From Albugo candida (lineage: Eukaryota): DNA of 64,000 nucleotides. Below are positions 13,101 through 25,888 of the stretch, piece after piece. Both the position numbers and the translations under genes were made by a program. Numbering within the stretch: position 1 is the first letter of the stretch; the number at the start of each line of letters is the position of its first letter. The notes under the pieces were generated by a model, which was not told the DNA's origin, ran no database searches, and worked only from the letters and a program-made list of their open reading frames with translations. The stretch lies in contig JBDOQK010000001.1 in the NCBI GenBank assembly GCA_040437565.1, positions 186,001-250,000 of the forward strand, given 5' to 3'.

Positions 13101-13337
13101 TCGGAAACGGATAGTCTCGAGAATGCGGGAAACAGCAAATGCAGTGAGAAGAAAAAGACGAGAAAGAGAACTCTAGCAGACACTGGAGGTACGGGTGAAT
13201 TGGAGGGAACACGCTCAACTAAGGCCTTTAAAAGTGAAGAATATGATGTGGTAGAAGATCAGTGTCAATTCGGCGAATGTGATGAAGTGGTACATAATGA
13301 GACTCAGCAGGAAGACAGCGACAGTGTGCGTCTTTGA
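10155..13337 (+). CDS. Mutator/MuDR transposase-derived protein: two MuDR-type zinc-finger modules, degenerate MULE core, SWIM finger (~967 aa without the 279-nt gap artefact)
   Basis: VCEYHPWCNF...HHPQC and VCVCAHCDWC...HSVDC modules; GKDGNLEPRLIAFGFVESMSEENMHWF MULE block; SWIM CSCAYTFQLGLPCRH. Uninterrupted ORF, no TIRs seen. Confidence 0.8.
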   Translation: MNISRGNDFDTPKYVTPSPARPFVELPPDTYVSGQFSSSNVMSTSANAPLQDFCVGVEYDSLNAVIESIQRSNFIQFQGQRRLQVQSLDSDTXXXXXXXXXXXXXXXXXXXXXXXXXXXXXXXXXXGQFSSSNVMSTSANAPLQDFCVGVEYDSLNAVIESIQRSNFIQFQGQRRLQVQSLDSDTTPSARLVCEYHPWCNFYILLNQIPTTPRYRICELDLRHHPQCDSLLHDPFTSISTECAPNVSFASRMVTPAHFHAATNENEKESEANYKSTIAEGSVARQQPQEQQHISPVGTTLIREDRSDSEHTFVNSLETHAEAFKNSLASPYPSQATNSNVMYAEGREMQEQAHNQKFNKARPLIVQETPSGSFGNPRAGFGALANYMATPVAPRTPLTVIRQGDNLSSYTLSTDMRWDTAKEAARAIYTFASQVQNKRTRMDKKSSGGRNKKYVCVCAHCDWCVRLLKVLKTEQWKISSMQLQHSVDCEAVFPNANASAYSSQLAGQTPSSIPLTPGVGASQSHGISAITTSDNPYSKSFGTLLQGLLDRYPDSAVAIKNNDQQNTLANMCIVPSWARNALPFLQNVYGVEVIACSAPKSLEKCSSRFDGQYFIALIGKDGNLEPRLIAFGFVESMSEENMHWFTQELESAGFLMNGATVFVGYGDQSMASGLQRIFPQVRLQYCTDSLLAAIESSIIPSLPSEMTITLREQIIGARTASNVAIFQEYLNNIASISSSAASFLQQLNPAHWALFANLGIRTYNWTSNCFSEYLQHHSINHQSAAMMEKPSFLTREMLPLLDTYEMIKRFMSDACDRHIGRFPVLQQIQQEQNEFMNTVAMKVPEDRMNPHIMARSLQLTPNGTLLVENEILQSTGYQIQSVDTDVAFVYSQSEHERPNRVNLRDLTCSCAYTFQLGLPCRHIVATARAMRVMPSIRQAVEHIYTMGSYRSACLSQNHSVTDNSVRNTNKLDDRDICDREDSDSETDSLENAGNSKCSEKKKTRKRTLADTGGTGELEGTRSTKAFKSEEYDVVEDQCQFGECDEVVHNETQQEDSDSVRL

Positions 13338-13479
13338 GCGCTTCTTTGCATTCGCAATTGGATATCAAATTCGCATTTTTGTCTCTTTATTTATGTGAAA
13401 TTGCAAATAAGTCTGTTCCATGTTGTGTTTATTCAGACAATAGCTTTGTCACATCGATATTGTCTATCCGCATCAGAAT

Positions 13480-15171
13480 ATGTATACTGAGTCTGGAATC
13501 AGACTGCTGGATGCGACCTATGATTCCTCTTTGGACGACGAAGAGACAACGACATTCACTCCATTGCATACGACAGGTATCCGTTCAGTAACATCACACT
13601 TTCTACAACGAGAGCATAAACTATTACATCAGCGCAACAACCGTAGCTCAAATGTAAAATTCCATCCGTACAAGCCATCCCATCTCTCCTCTGAATCAAA
13701 TCAATCTCCCCATCCTCTTTTCACTCCCTGCTCTTCTGAATCGCTTGTGCTTGAACATCCCCCACAAACCACTATACACTCGAAGTATACACCCCAAACA
13801 CTGCTTCACACACTTCGCGGTCATGAAAACAGCGTCTACAGCATCCAGTGGAATGTCCGCTTTCCGCACTTGCTTCTATCTGCATCTATGGACCGCACTG
13901 TCCGCGTTTGGTCCATTCCTGCACTCAATCAGCGTACTCAGGACACAGGCTTTCTATCTCGCGTTCATACAGGCGGCGTTCGAGTCGCAAAATGGACTTT
14001 ATCCGGCACACATTACGTCTCAGGAGGTTATGACAAACAGCTCGTCTACGTGGACGTCAATGCGGAATCCGTTGTGACATGTATCAGCAGTACGCAACCA
14101 ATTCGATCGATAGCCATTCATCCGGAGAATCAGAATATTATACTTACTGGTCANNNNNNNNNNNNNNNNNNNNNNNNNNNNNNNNNNNNNNNNNNNNNNN
14201 NNNNNNNNNNNNNNNNNNNNNNNNNNNNNNNNNNNNNNNNNNNNNNNNNNNNNCCGCACTTGCTTCTATCTGCATCTATGGACCGCACTGTCCGCGTTTG
14301 GTCCATTCCTGCACTCAATCAGCGTACTCAGGACACAGGCTTTCTATCTCGCGTTCATACAGGCGGCGTTCGAGTCGCAAAATGGACTTTATCCGGCACA
14401 CATTACGTCTCAGGAGGTTATGACAAACAGCTCGTCTACGTGGACGTCAATGCGGAATCCGTTGTGACATGTATCAGCAGTACGCAACCAATTCGATCGA
14501 TAGCCATTCATCCGGAGAATCAGAATATTATACTTACTGGTCAACCGAATCAGATCGTCGCTTACGATTTGCGCTCAAAAGCAACACACGCGCCTTCGAC
14601 TTTTCGGAAGAATTTTGAGCAGGTACACGATCTCCTGTTTCTTCCGCCTGTGCCAAACGCAGCATTTGGTGGCTACGATCTCCGCTTTGTATCGAGCGCT
14701 TCGACCAAAGGCAGAAATGTCAGCAATGAGACATTGCTCGTGTGGGACTTTCGATCATCTGCGGTACTGTATGATCGACTGGAATCCGATGGATTTGAAT
14801 TTCCTTCGCTACGAGCACATCCGTCCAATACATTCTTTGTGGCCCAATCGAGTCTCCATCAAGCGATTTTATTCTCCTGTAAAGCCCCATACAAACGATT
14901 CAAGCACAAAACATTCGGAAAGCGTCAAAGCTGTCATCTCGTAGAAGGGTATTCCATTCATTCAAGCTTTCATCCAGATGGAAATTTCTACGCTTCTGGC
15001 GATGCACTCGGTCGTATTTTCTACTATCATGCGCGCTCGGGCGCTTTTGTATGCAAAACTCGCGTGGGATCGAATTGTGCGTGTCTTTGCGTTGAATACC
15101 ATCCATCACAGAAGAAGCCTTCTTTACTAGCCGCTGCGACGTACAATGGCTCCATCCATTTATTTCAATAA
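13480..15171 (+). CDS. WD40-repeat protein (WDR25-like, ~433 aa after removing the 390-nt gap artefact)
   Basis: LRGHENSVYSIQW...LLLSASMDRTVRVW, SGGYDK, HLVEGYS..SFHPDG, CVEYHP repeats. Confidence 0.85.
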   Translation: MYTESGIRLLDATYDSSLDDEETTTFTPLHTTGIRSVTSHFLQREHKLLHQRNNRSSNVKFHPYKPSHLSSESNQSPHPLFTPCSSESLVLEHPPQTTIHSKYTPQTLLHTLRGHENSVYSIQWNVRFPHLLLSASMDRTVRVWSIPALNQRTQDTGFLSRVHTGGVRVAKWTLSGTHYVSGGYDKQLVYVDVNAESVVTCISSTQPIRSIAIHPENQNIILTGXXXXXXXXXXXXXXXXXXXXXXXXXXXXXXXXXXPHLLLSASMDRTVRVWSIPALNQRTQDTGFLSRVHTGGVRVAKWTLSGTHYVSGGYDKQLVYVDVNAESVVTCISSTQPIRSIAIHPENQNIILTGQPNQIVAYDLRSKATHAPSTFRKNFEQVHDLLFLPPVPNAAFGGYDLRFVSSASTKGRNVSNETLLVWDFRSSAVLYDRLESDGFEFPSLRAHPSNTFFVAQSSLHQAILFSCKAPYKRFKHKTFGKRQSCHLVEGYSIHSSFHPDGNFYASGDALGRIFYYHARSGAFVCKTRVGSNCACLCVEYHPSQKKPSLLAAATYNGSIHLFQ

Positions 15172-15174
15172 AAA

Positions 15175-17172
15175 TCACAATCGTCGCTGAACTATCGCCA
15201 ATTTCTTCTCAATTTTCTGCCGCTGTTTCGCGTTGCGATGGATACACATTTTCGCAAAGTGCAAGTGTTTTTCTGCATCAATCCAGCGTTCTGTTGGAAT
15301 GAGCACACAGTCCACGTAGACGATATGCGTTTCTGGATTGCGTGGCACCAATTGCAAAGACTTTTTAAACGCCGTCACTGCTGCTTCGTACTCTTGTGTC
15401 ATCGCCAAAGCCCGGCCATATGTGCAGTATAAAATGCTTTGAGTATGTGTCTCATGGGCTGGAATACATTCCAATGCCGATTCCACCAACGAAAGAGTCT
15501 TCGTGGGATCGTGCCGTAATTCCAAAAGCGCGCGGAAATTCCATACGGATCCATTCTCATTATCCAATTCCAATGCTTTCTCTAAAGTTCGGCGTGCCTC
15601 ATCGATATTATTATTCCGCTCTTCATTTTTGGCTAATTGCATTAGCAATGGAACGCTGTTGTCGACATGTTGTGCGGCTCGAGTGAGCACCGCGCGGGCA
15701 TTTTGAACATTTCCGAGCTTGTTCTCGACTCGAGCCAAAGCCCTCCATGCTTCCAAATGCGTTGGTTCCTTCGCAGTCGTTTCTTCAAAGATCTGTTTCG
15801 CGTGAGTCAATTCACCATATTGCTCTTCGAAGGAACCCCACGCAAACAGTAGCGTGCCCACTTCCTTGACAATCGGAATGGATTGTTCAAAGAGTTCTCT
15901 TCCGGCTTGGACATTTCCCCCTTGGGCTTGTAAGATGGCAAACGACATAATGCTCGGAACGTGATCGGGATGAAGATTCAAAGCATCTCTATAGAGCGAT
16001 TCTGCTTGTGTCATATCGCCTGCCTCTTCTTCCATTTTCGCAAATGCATTGAAAAAAGCTGCATGAATAAAATCACCAGAGTCAACGAGTTGACTGAACG
16101 TACGTCGACCTTCCCATTGATCTCCGGCTTTGAATTGTGCCATAGCGGAAAGTAAAATAAGATATTTGTGTGTAGGAAATTGCATCATTCCCTGTTCCAA
16201 GACACTCAGAGCTCGACGATAAAATCCCATTTCATATTCGGCTTTGGCCCACGCCTGATGAAAACAAAGGTGAGTGCGTCGTTAAGCATACGATAGAGCT
16301 TTGTTTGCTTACATGCCACACTTGCCCGCCCACGTCGTCTAATTGGGTCGCGTGATGGAATAATTCTCTTGCTTCCTTCATATTTTTGCATTTTCCTTGG
16401 AAAATTCCGTAAGCTTGAAAGGCATTGACGTCCTTGGGATACTCGCGAATCAATTCATTGAAAATCTTCTTTGCTTTGTGGTTGTACCCTTGCTTCATTT
16501 CGAGGAGCGCCAGGCCCAAAAGTGCATGTGAATTTTTGGGATCTGTGGCAATAATTACATGGAACAAGCGTTTGGATTCATGATAGTTGTTACATTCCAT
16601 CTCCATAGTCGCCCAAGATACCCATAATCGCAAATCATATCGAATTTTGGATGCCTTCTTAAAAATCACGCGAGCCAAGTCATAATTCGCACTTTTCCAT
16701 TCCTTATAGGAAACGACAGGTTTATGAGTTAGAGAAGGGATTCATACTATACAGGTTATATAATAAAAGAGTAACTCACCATAACCGCCCATTTGTTCCA
16801 CATTCCCAACTCTTTTGGATATTTTGCTTGAAGCACTTTACGAAAGAATTGACGCGCAGAAGGTATGTCCTCACGAACGAGTTCCGCGAGTGATGGTGTC
16901 GCGTTTGACCACGAGCGTTCCAGCATTTCAAAATCTTCAATTTCAGGCTCCCAGCTACTTTCTACAGCGTCTTTAAGTGGATAATTGCTTTCATCAATGA
17001 AATCAGTGGGTCTCCGGGCTCTCGCCGTCGATATCCACGCAAAATGATACGGCTTTTTCAACGAACGCAATACGAGAGGTCGATCATTGTAGCGAATAAA
17101 ACCTCGTGTAGTTAGTGTGGTAGATGCCCGAGGAAGCGAGTGAACGAGGACGTAGCGTATTACGTTAATCAT
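15175..17172 (-). CDS. HAT/TPR repeat protein (HCF107/Mbb1-like architecture), three exons, with transit-peptide-like N-terminus
   Basis: Repeated HAT consensus (LWVSWATME, AWGSFEEQYG, AWRALARVE, ARELF) across ORFs 16756-17172, 16232-16678 and 15175-16230, separated by short introns. Confidence 0.75.
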
Positions 17173-17315
17173 TACACACTTGATCGCTTTTAAAATGAAA
17201 TTCTCGAATCGTTCCTAATAGCCTTCATAACTTAATATCGTTACGCTACTTTATTGTACAGTTGAAGGCCGACACATGCATGCGCATTGCGCCAAAACTT
17301 GCTGCTTTTTCGACT

Positions 17316-19464
<2,149 letters not shown>

Positions 19465-19892
19465 GGTTCAACTACAACCGATTTCGTTTTTTGCCGTCCC
19501 TTCTCGGTGTCGGTATTTTTTCGATACTTTTTTTGTTTTTATCGGTAAGAAACGCTATTTTCCTTTCCTTGTGTAATTTACGTCGAGATGGTGTGTAAAA
19601 AAAGTCAAATAAACATCCCGACCGGCCGAGACTGTTCACACCAGGTAGCTCTATAAACATATCAAAACGACCTGATGAAGCGCCGTTGCTTGAACTATAG
19701 AAATTTAGTTCCAGACAGGATTGCAAGAAAAACGTAAAATACTTTACGGGCATTATTTCCCGCGTTATGCTCGTACGGTATATTCTAGTCAAATTGCTCA
19801 ACCCGTCGTCATTGCAAGTCAAATGTCTCATAAAGTATTCAAAATCCTAAATTTTCTAAGTGCTACTGGGAAGCTGCGTGATATTCGTTTTA

Positions 19893-21077
19893 CTAAATAA
19901 TTGGCACCGCCCACGCTCCATGACTCTCCATGTTGTAGATATTTGTCCCACGCTCGGCGTAAAAGAATCCACTCTCGCCCCAGTTCATTCCATCAGAGTT
20001 GCGTACAATCCAATACTTCAACCCTTCGTCCGTTGTACCCCATCCGACCAAACTGACAACGTGTGTGGTCCCTGGATACTTTTTGGAATCACGTAAGATG
20101 TATCCTCCTCTGTAATTCACGTATTCTTTCGAGTGAGAATACATACTTGCAACAATCGGTCCTCGATGGTAAATTTCATTCATCGCTTCAATCTCAAATT
20201 CTTCCGGTGTTGTTGCGTTCAACGTACCAAACTCTGAAATATGATACTTCCTTGCGTTCTTCAAAACGCGACAAACACCGTCTGATGAACACGTTCGACA
20301 TTGTGTTTCCTCACAGCTTTCTCCGACAGCGAACCAAGACGGATGGGATGCGATGTATGGATTGCAAGTGACGTCAACAATTCCATTTTCGTATATCCAT
20401 TTGTGCGCATATCGTGGATCTCCTCCACTGCAAGATCCAAATGATCGCATTCCGCAATCCAGTAACACTTGCGGTGATAGCACAACCTCTGGTCCAGCGT
20501 GGCCATACTTCTTGTAGTGCGCAATCCGAATCCGGTCCGATAAAGAGCTGACAGTGGCAAACGCCCAACATGAGCCACACGGTCGCGGAAGCATCTGATT
20601 CATGACGGCAGTCGTCAGACTGAGCCCGGTTCCGCTGTAATTTCTCCAGTCCCAATTCTTTGGAAAGTCATTGATTGACCGTGGACCCGGAAGCGACTCC
20701 AATCGTACTTCTGGGTCGGGTCCACCTAAGAACCATTTTACTTTTCCAGACGGTCTCTCTTTGTTACGGACGAGACCCGCATCCGTACACGAAGCCAAAA
20801 TATCGTCTTCCTGGCGCACCCGATGAAGAAAATCTCCTTTTGTGAAATCGACTGTTGGATCACGTTCAACCGATATAAAACACGAAGCGACGAGACATCC
20901 CACAACCATGGAAACGAAAATCGTGCTCAGTAATTGGACGCGCTGAGTGTCCATTGTCAAATATCTCAGATTGGTGCGTCGCTTGGTTGTGGAATCTGTG
21001 AGGCTTGGTCGCTGGTGCAGCAGCGGAAGTTGCGTTCCAAGTTCACTACGTCTTGATCCAGTTGCACTTGAAGCCAT
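19893..21077 (-). CDS. Papain-family (C1A) cysteine protease, cathepsin X/Z-like, with N-terminal membrane anchor
   Basis: PKNWDWRN, NQMLPRPCGSCWAF (catalytic Cys), HVVSLVGWG (His), YWIVRNS (Asn); hydrophobic segment LLSTIFVSMVVGCLVASCFISV. Confidence 0.9.
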   Translation of the reverse strand: MASSATGSRRSELGTQLPLLHQRPSLTDSTTKRRTNLRYLTMDTQRVQLLSTIFVSMVVGCLVASCFISVERDPTVDFTKGDFLHRVRQEDDILASCTDAGLVRNKERPSGKVKWFLGGPDPEVRLESLPGPRSINDFPKNWDWRNYSGTGLSLTTAVMNQMLPRPCGSCWAFATVSSLSDRIRIAHYKKYGHAGPEVVLSPQVLLDCGMRSFGSCSGGDPRYAHKWIYENGIVDVTCNPYIASHPSWFAVGESCEETQCRTCSSDGVCRVLKNARKYHISEFGTLNATTPEEFEIEAMNEIYHRGPIVASMYSHSKEYVNYRGGYILRDSKKYPGTTHVVSLVGWGTTDEGLKYWIVRNSDGMNWGESGFFYAERGTNIYNMESHGAWAVPII

Positions 21078-23617
21078 TCTGTGAGTTTCGTTGCAAAAAA
21101 TTTACTGCTATTGTCTCTCCAAAAAAGAATTCGACAAGAGCGGAGAGTAGACGTAGACACGTGCATCTTAGCACAAACGCTTGTATTTGGTTGGTTTGAT
21201 TTTTGCCGACATGATCCAATCTGCTGTCGAGATTTTTGCACGCGTTTGTACCGATCGCCCATAATTGGATAAAATCAAATAGCCTTCTTCCAAAGGGTAA
21301 TTTATAGATTTCCTCAAACACCGAGGACTTCCAGAGGACAAAATTGCCAGAATCTTAAATAACCGTTAAAAAACATAAGGTAATGCGACGCTTCTCTCCC
21401 ACAAGCGACAAATCGAGAGGCTTTATTGTCCCACACCGACGATCTTTCGAAAGATCGAATTGCCTTCTCTCAGAATGGATAATGTGAAAATTCACAGCTG
21501 TTTGAACTCGAGCAAGGTGTTTATGATTCGGGGCTGATTGTCGGCTGATGAGGGGGGCTAAGTACGCAGTGTAGCGATTTCGCGATAACTTTGTTTGCTG
21601 GCGTCAACCAATGCTGTGAAGGAAGTATCAAACGTGAGAAGCTGAATCATATTTGTTGTCTGGGAGAACTGATAAGTTCGAGTAGCGCCGCGATGTCAAT
21701 TTAGAATGTAAAAAAGGTGATAAATTACATAAAAGGCCGTCGTCAGTCGAACATATGTTAAGTGCGCTCGCAGCGACCGCTATGATTAAGTCTAGGCTTA
21801 TTTATCAGAAAAAAAGATGTTAGAAAGTAGAAAACTACTGCTATCATATCTTGATNNNNNNNNNNNNNNNNNNNNNNNNNNNNNNNNNNNNNNNNNNNNN
21901 NNNNNNNNNNNNNNNNNNNNNNNNNNNNNNNNNNNNNNNNNNNNNNNNNNNNNNNTTATCAGAAAAAAAGATGTTAGAAAGTAGAAAACTACTGCTATCA
22001 TATCTTGATTGTCTTTTCGGACAACTCGGTGTCCACCCAACGTAGCCGCTAACACCGACCAAATGCTCAAATTTAAGCTGGTCTAACGCGAACAATAAAC
22101 TTCAGTTGAGATCTAATTATCCGATCTACGTCCTGCATCAAAGGTTCATTGAATCCACAAACGTTCCAGAAGCTTTAATACAGGATGCATTTTGACCAAC
22201 TGATAATATCTCACACAGCTGCTTATCAGTACTCTATTAGCCAGCTACGGGTCCTTGATGCAGGAAACAGGCTGCACTACTTTCTTGCATAGGAAAAACA
22301 GAATTTCAGATCAATACGACTGTTTTCTTATGACTGATCAGCATGTACAGGTGGCCTTGAGTTGATAACATTCTCTGTCGAAAACGCACGAGTTTATACA
22401 TTTTCATTGTCGTGAGACCCCATTAGGGCGACAATTACGATTGACTATGCCTCGCAACAACGTTGTTATCTTGTTGAGATTTTAGACCAAAAAGGTGCAT
22501 GGAAATGGAAGAAGAATAATCCATCCGCTCAGAGGCTCCTTCAAAAGCGAGCTGTATCCAAAGAGGCTCTGATGCACAGGATATGATAGTCTTCGGGATA
22601 TGATACATGCGCAACATGTCGCAAACTTCGATGTAATCTCCTGAGTCAATATATTTCTACCGTGTTGCTCCTTCATTTCCCCTTTTGTCTAATCTCTACT
22701 TTGTGCGCTACAGGTCATTGCGTACTTGGCAAGCACTACGATTTTCTATCGACCCAAGAAAGAATGGTACTAGTTGAGGCATACGATGAGACCCTAGATA
22801 ATTCATCCATCGTGATTCATGAGGTAGAAGGCTATTGCAAATTAACAAAGAATTTCCGTTGCAGTATTAAACACGTCTCTGTAGCGCGACATGCTGAAGC
22901 AACTACTGTCCGCGTAAAATAGTAAGTAATGTACGACTGTTACTTCCGTTTTGCATATTGCTAATGAGCGGAGCTAGCAGAAGCCCTGGGTCGATTCTTG
23001 GTCTCCATTTAATAGTACGAATACGTTAGCATCACATATTTCTGGATCGTGAGTGACACGATAACGATGACCTGTTTCGTGTTTTTATGCTGAAAGCTTG
23101 ATCCATGTTATTATTGCCGTCCTGAACGATCAAATATACCCTGTTTCAACGTGCTGGGTACCACGACTGCACTTTAGATACCACAAACATAAAAAAAAAA
23201 ACGTTTCTGTGACACAACATGTTCAAATTGCTTGATATTTTTGTGAAGAATCTTCGAATGCAAGGGGTTTCGATCATTTAGATGAAGGAATTATAATTCA
23301 GTCTCACTGATCTGCTAGAACTTTCTCTTCTCATCGCCTAGCTTGATATGTACCGTTTCTATCCCTGGCATACCATCCACGTCGTGATTATGCCCCTAGA
23401 TCGGATTCCCGCTGTGTCTCAAACTCAGCGAGAATACATCGCTTTTCAACAGTGCTGCGTTAAAAGGAACCTGGATTCCACCTTTCGAATGAGGTAGGTA
23501 TAAACATTCAGACCTGATCAGTTGAACGTGTGCTGAATCTCGCTCATACTTCCGACTCAAAACAAATCGATTGAGCATCGAGTGCCAGCGTCGAAGTAGA
23601 TGTTGCGGAATGCTAAA

Positions 23618-25888
23618 TTGAATACAGCACCCCTGAGTTATGATTACGAGTTATGATTGGTGGGAGACAGTACCTTTATTTAAATAATATGACAAACCGT
23701 TCGAAACACGAAAGCTGGCAAATTTCGTCATACCATAACTCTTCCGTTTACCAACCATGAGTCAATTTGAATACATCGTCGATACTACTTACGCGTTTTT
23801 AGAGGAGGCTAGATTAGCAGTAAACCGTCAATGCCAAGATGAGGGCTTCATATATACTTGCAAAAGAGCAATGAGAGTTGGACACCGTTTAGACGGTGAA
23901 ATGAAAGCAAAGCTATATGTCTTAAATGCTCTTGTGCGGAAAATGCGACTTCCATGTCGCAGAAACGTAAACGCGTACGCGGAAACCGTGGAATAGGCTG
24001 CCAGTCTGCTCGGATAATTCGCCGAATGCTAGGACACGGGGACTTGGTTCACTGGGTTGTTGAGGCCAATCAACTTGAGCATAATCACGAGTCTTTCGTA
24101 GATGCTGCCGTACTGTACATCCACAAGGCTGTGCCCTCAAAATCTATTAGCGGAAACAAATTTTGAGTTATTTCGGTCGGGTCTGGCGCCTGCGCGTATC
24201 GTCGCACAAACGCGCAATATCAATCTCACCGTGACACCTCGTGATGTATCCAATATTCGTGACTCGGAACGTAGACATTTGTTACGTGGTAGAACACCGC
24301 TGGCTGCCCTTCTTGATGGTATTGAATCTGCAAGTCTTCTGCGCCGTATCATACATAGCTTGACGCCGAACGGTGACCGAATCACCTTTTCATTATTTCT
24401 CCATCGGCGAAAAAACTGTGTTGGGAAATTCAGTACTGAGAAGATCCGGTTCCTGAACTCTACTTACAAAACTAACCGTTTTGGACTTCCTCTTTGCACG
24501 TTACATATTCACGGCTGGAGAAAGATCCGAGGACTACCTTTGGGCAATATGGCTTATGAAATAAATCTTCGTGAACTTCTTGGTGTCTCCAGTGACTTTT
24601 GTCACCGATAAGGAATTAGCTCTCATGAATGCGCTTGACGATGCGTTTCCTGCAGCTAACAATCTCTGACACATCAGCACAAATATCCTCGCCAGGCAGC
24701 CTAGGACGTTTGAGTTTATGAAGGCATTTAAGGAGTTTACGGGCCAATGGAATGCGTAGGTACTGTCATCAACAGCTCAGATTTAACAACCCCGGCTTGC
24801 TGAGATGCGAGAGGCCTTCCCACGTCAAGTCATGAAATACATTGGAGAGACTTGGCTTGCGCACAAAGAAAAATTTGCGTCTGCTTTTTTGCGCGGCAAA
24901 GTGCATTTTGGTCATAGAACGACTTCACGAGTAGAGAGCGCGCACTCTGCGTTGAAAAAGTGAATAGCTGTATGAACAGGCGACCTTTTGACGGTATAAT
25001 CGTCTTGCCTACTGGCGTGAGATGGCCAAATTGCAACCATCAGACTGAAACCACATGAGAATGTGCAATCGCCAATATGCAGTTTGGACAGGTCTTTGCC
25101 GGGAGAATGGGGAAGGTTTCGTTGGCAGCGCTGAAATCAGCCTTCAAACAATACAGAGATATGGATGATGAAGGACACTGTCAAGGCATGTTTGTCTCGA
25201 ATTTCGGCCATCCTTGCAAGCACGTCTTCCGACCAAGAGCAGCCGCAACACCGGGCCATGCCCTCTCTCGCAAATATCTTGACACACATTGGTGGCTGGT
25301 TCGAGCTTCTCGAGTAACAATAGGGTAATACGACGTGGGTTTGACATATCACAAAAGTGTGATCCTCAAACACCTAGTTACCGTCCCGGATGAAAACGTC
25401 CTAAGTTCATTAAATCCACGCCGTCGCGGACGTCCTTCAGGATTGACGCAGCGCAATTTATCGCAGTTTGAGGTGGTGGAGGCGTCTCTTCGACCGCAAC
25501 GACGATGCGGTAACTGTAGACGAACAGGACACAACAGAAGAAGATGCAATTAACCTCTTAATAACGACGATGCGGCTCGCACAGCACATGCTGAGATTCA
25601 TCTTGATGCTTTGGATACTATCGATGATTAAAAACACTTTGGTTTGCGTCCTATTATGGAGTTTATTGCTCGTTTAAGCCAATCTTAATATCGTAAAACC
25701 GATTGCTGGAACAACTTTCCTTCGTTGCGACCCATTTCAAATTCCATACGTGCAAGTTTGCCAGCTTTCGCGTTTCGAAGGGTCTATCATATATTCAGAC
25801 AAGGGAACTCTCTTCAGCCAGTCATAACTCGTAATCATAACTTAGGGGTCCTGTATTCAAGAGGGCTGGGGGCTGGTTAGCGGTTCCC
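23618..25888 (+). mobile_element. Decayed MULE DNA transposon, family A, copy 1
   Basis: TIRs ~23618-23727 and ~25753-25888 (ends GCGGTTCCC; left end truncated). Frameshifted transposase: STYKTNRFGLPL, TTSRVESAHSALK, zinc knuckle RCGNCRRTGHNRRRC. Confidence 0.88.

Noticed and set aside
22205-22240. SHSCL resembling the Albugo CHxC effector motif
   Set aside because: First Cys absent, stop codon shortly after, and no upstream signal peptide found.
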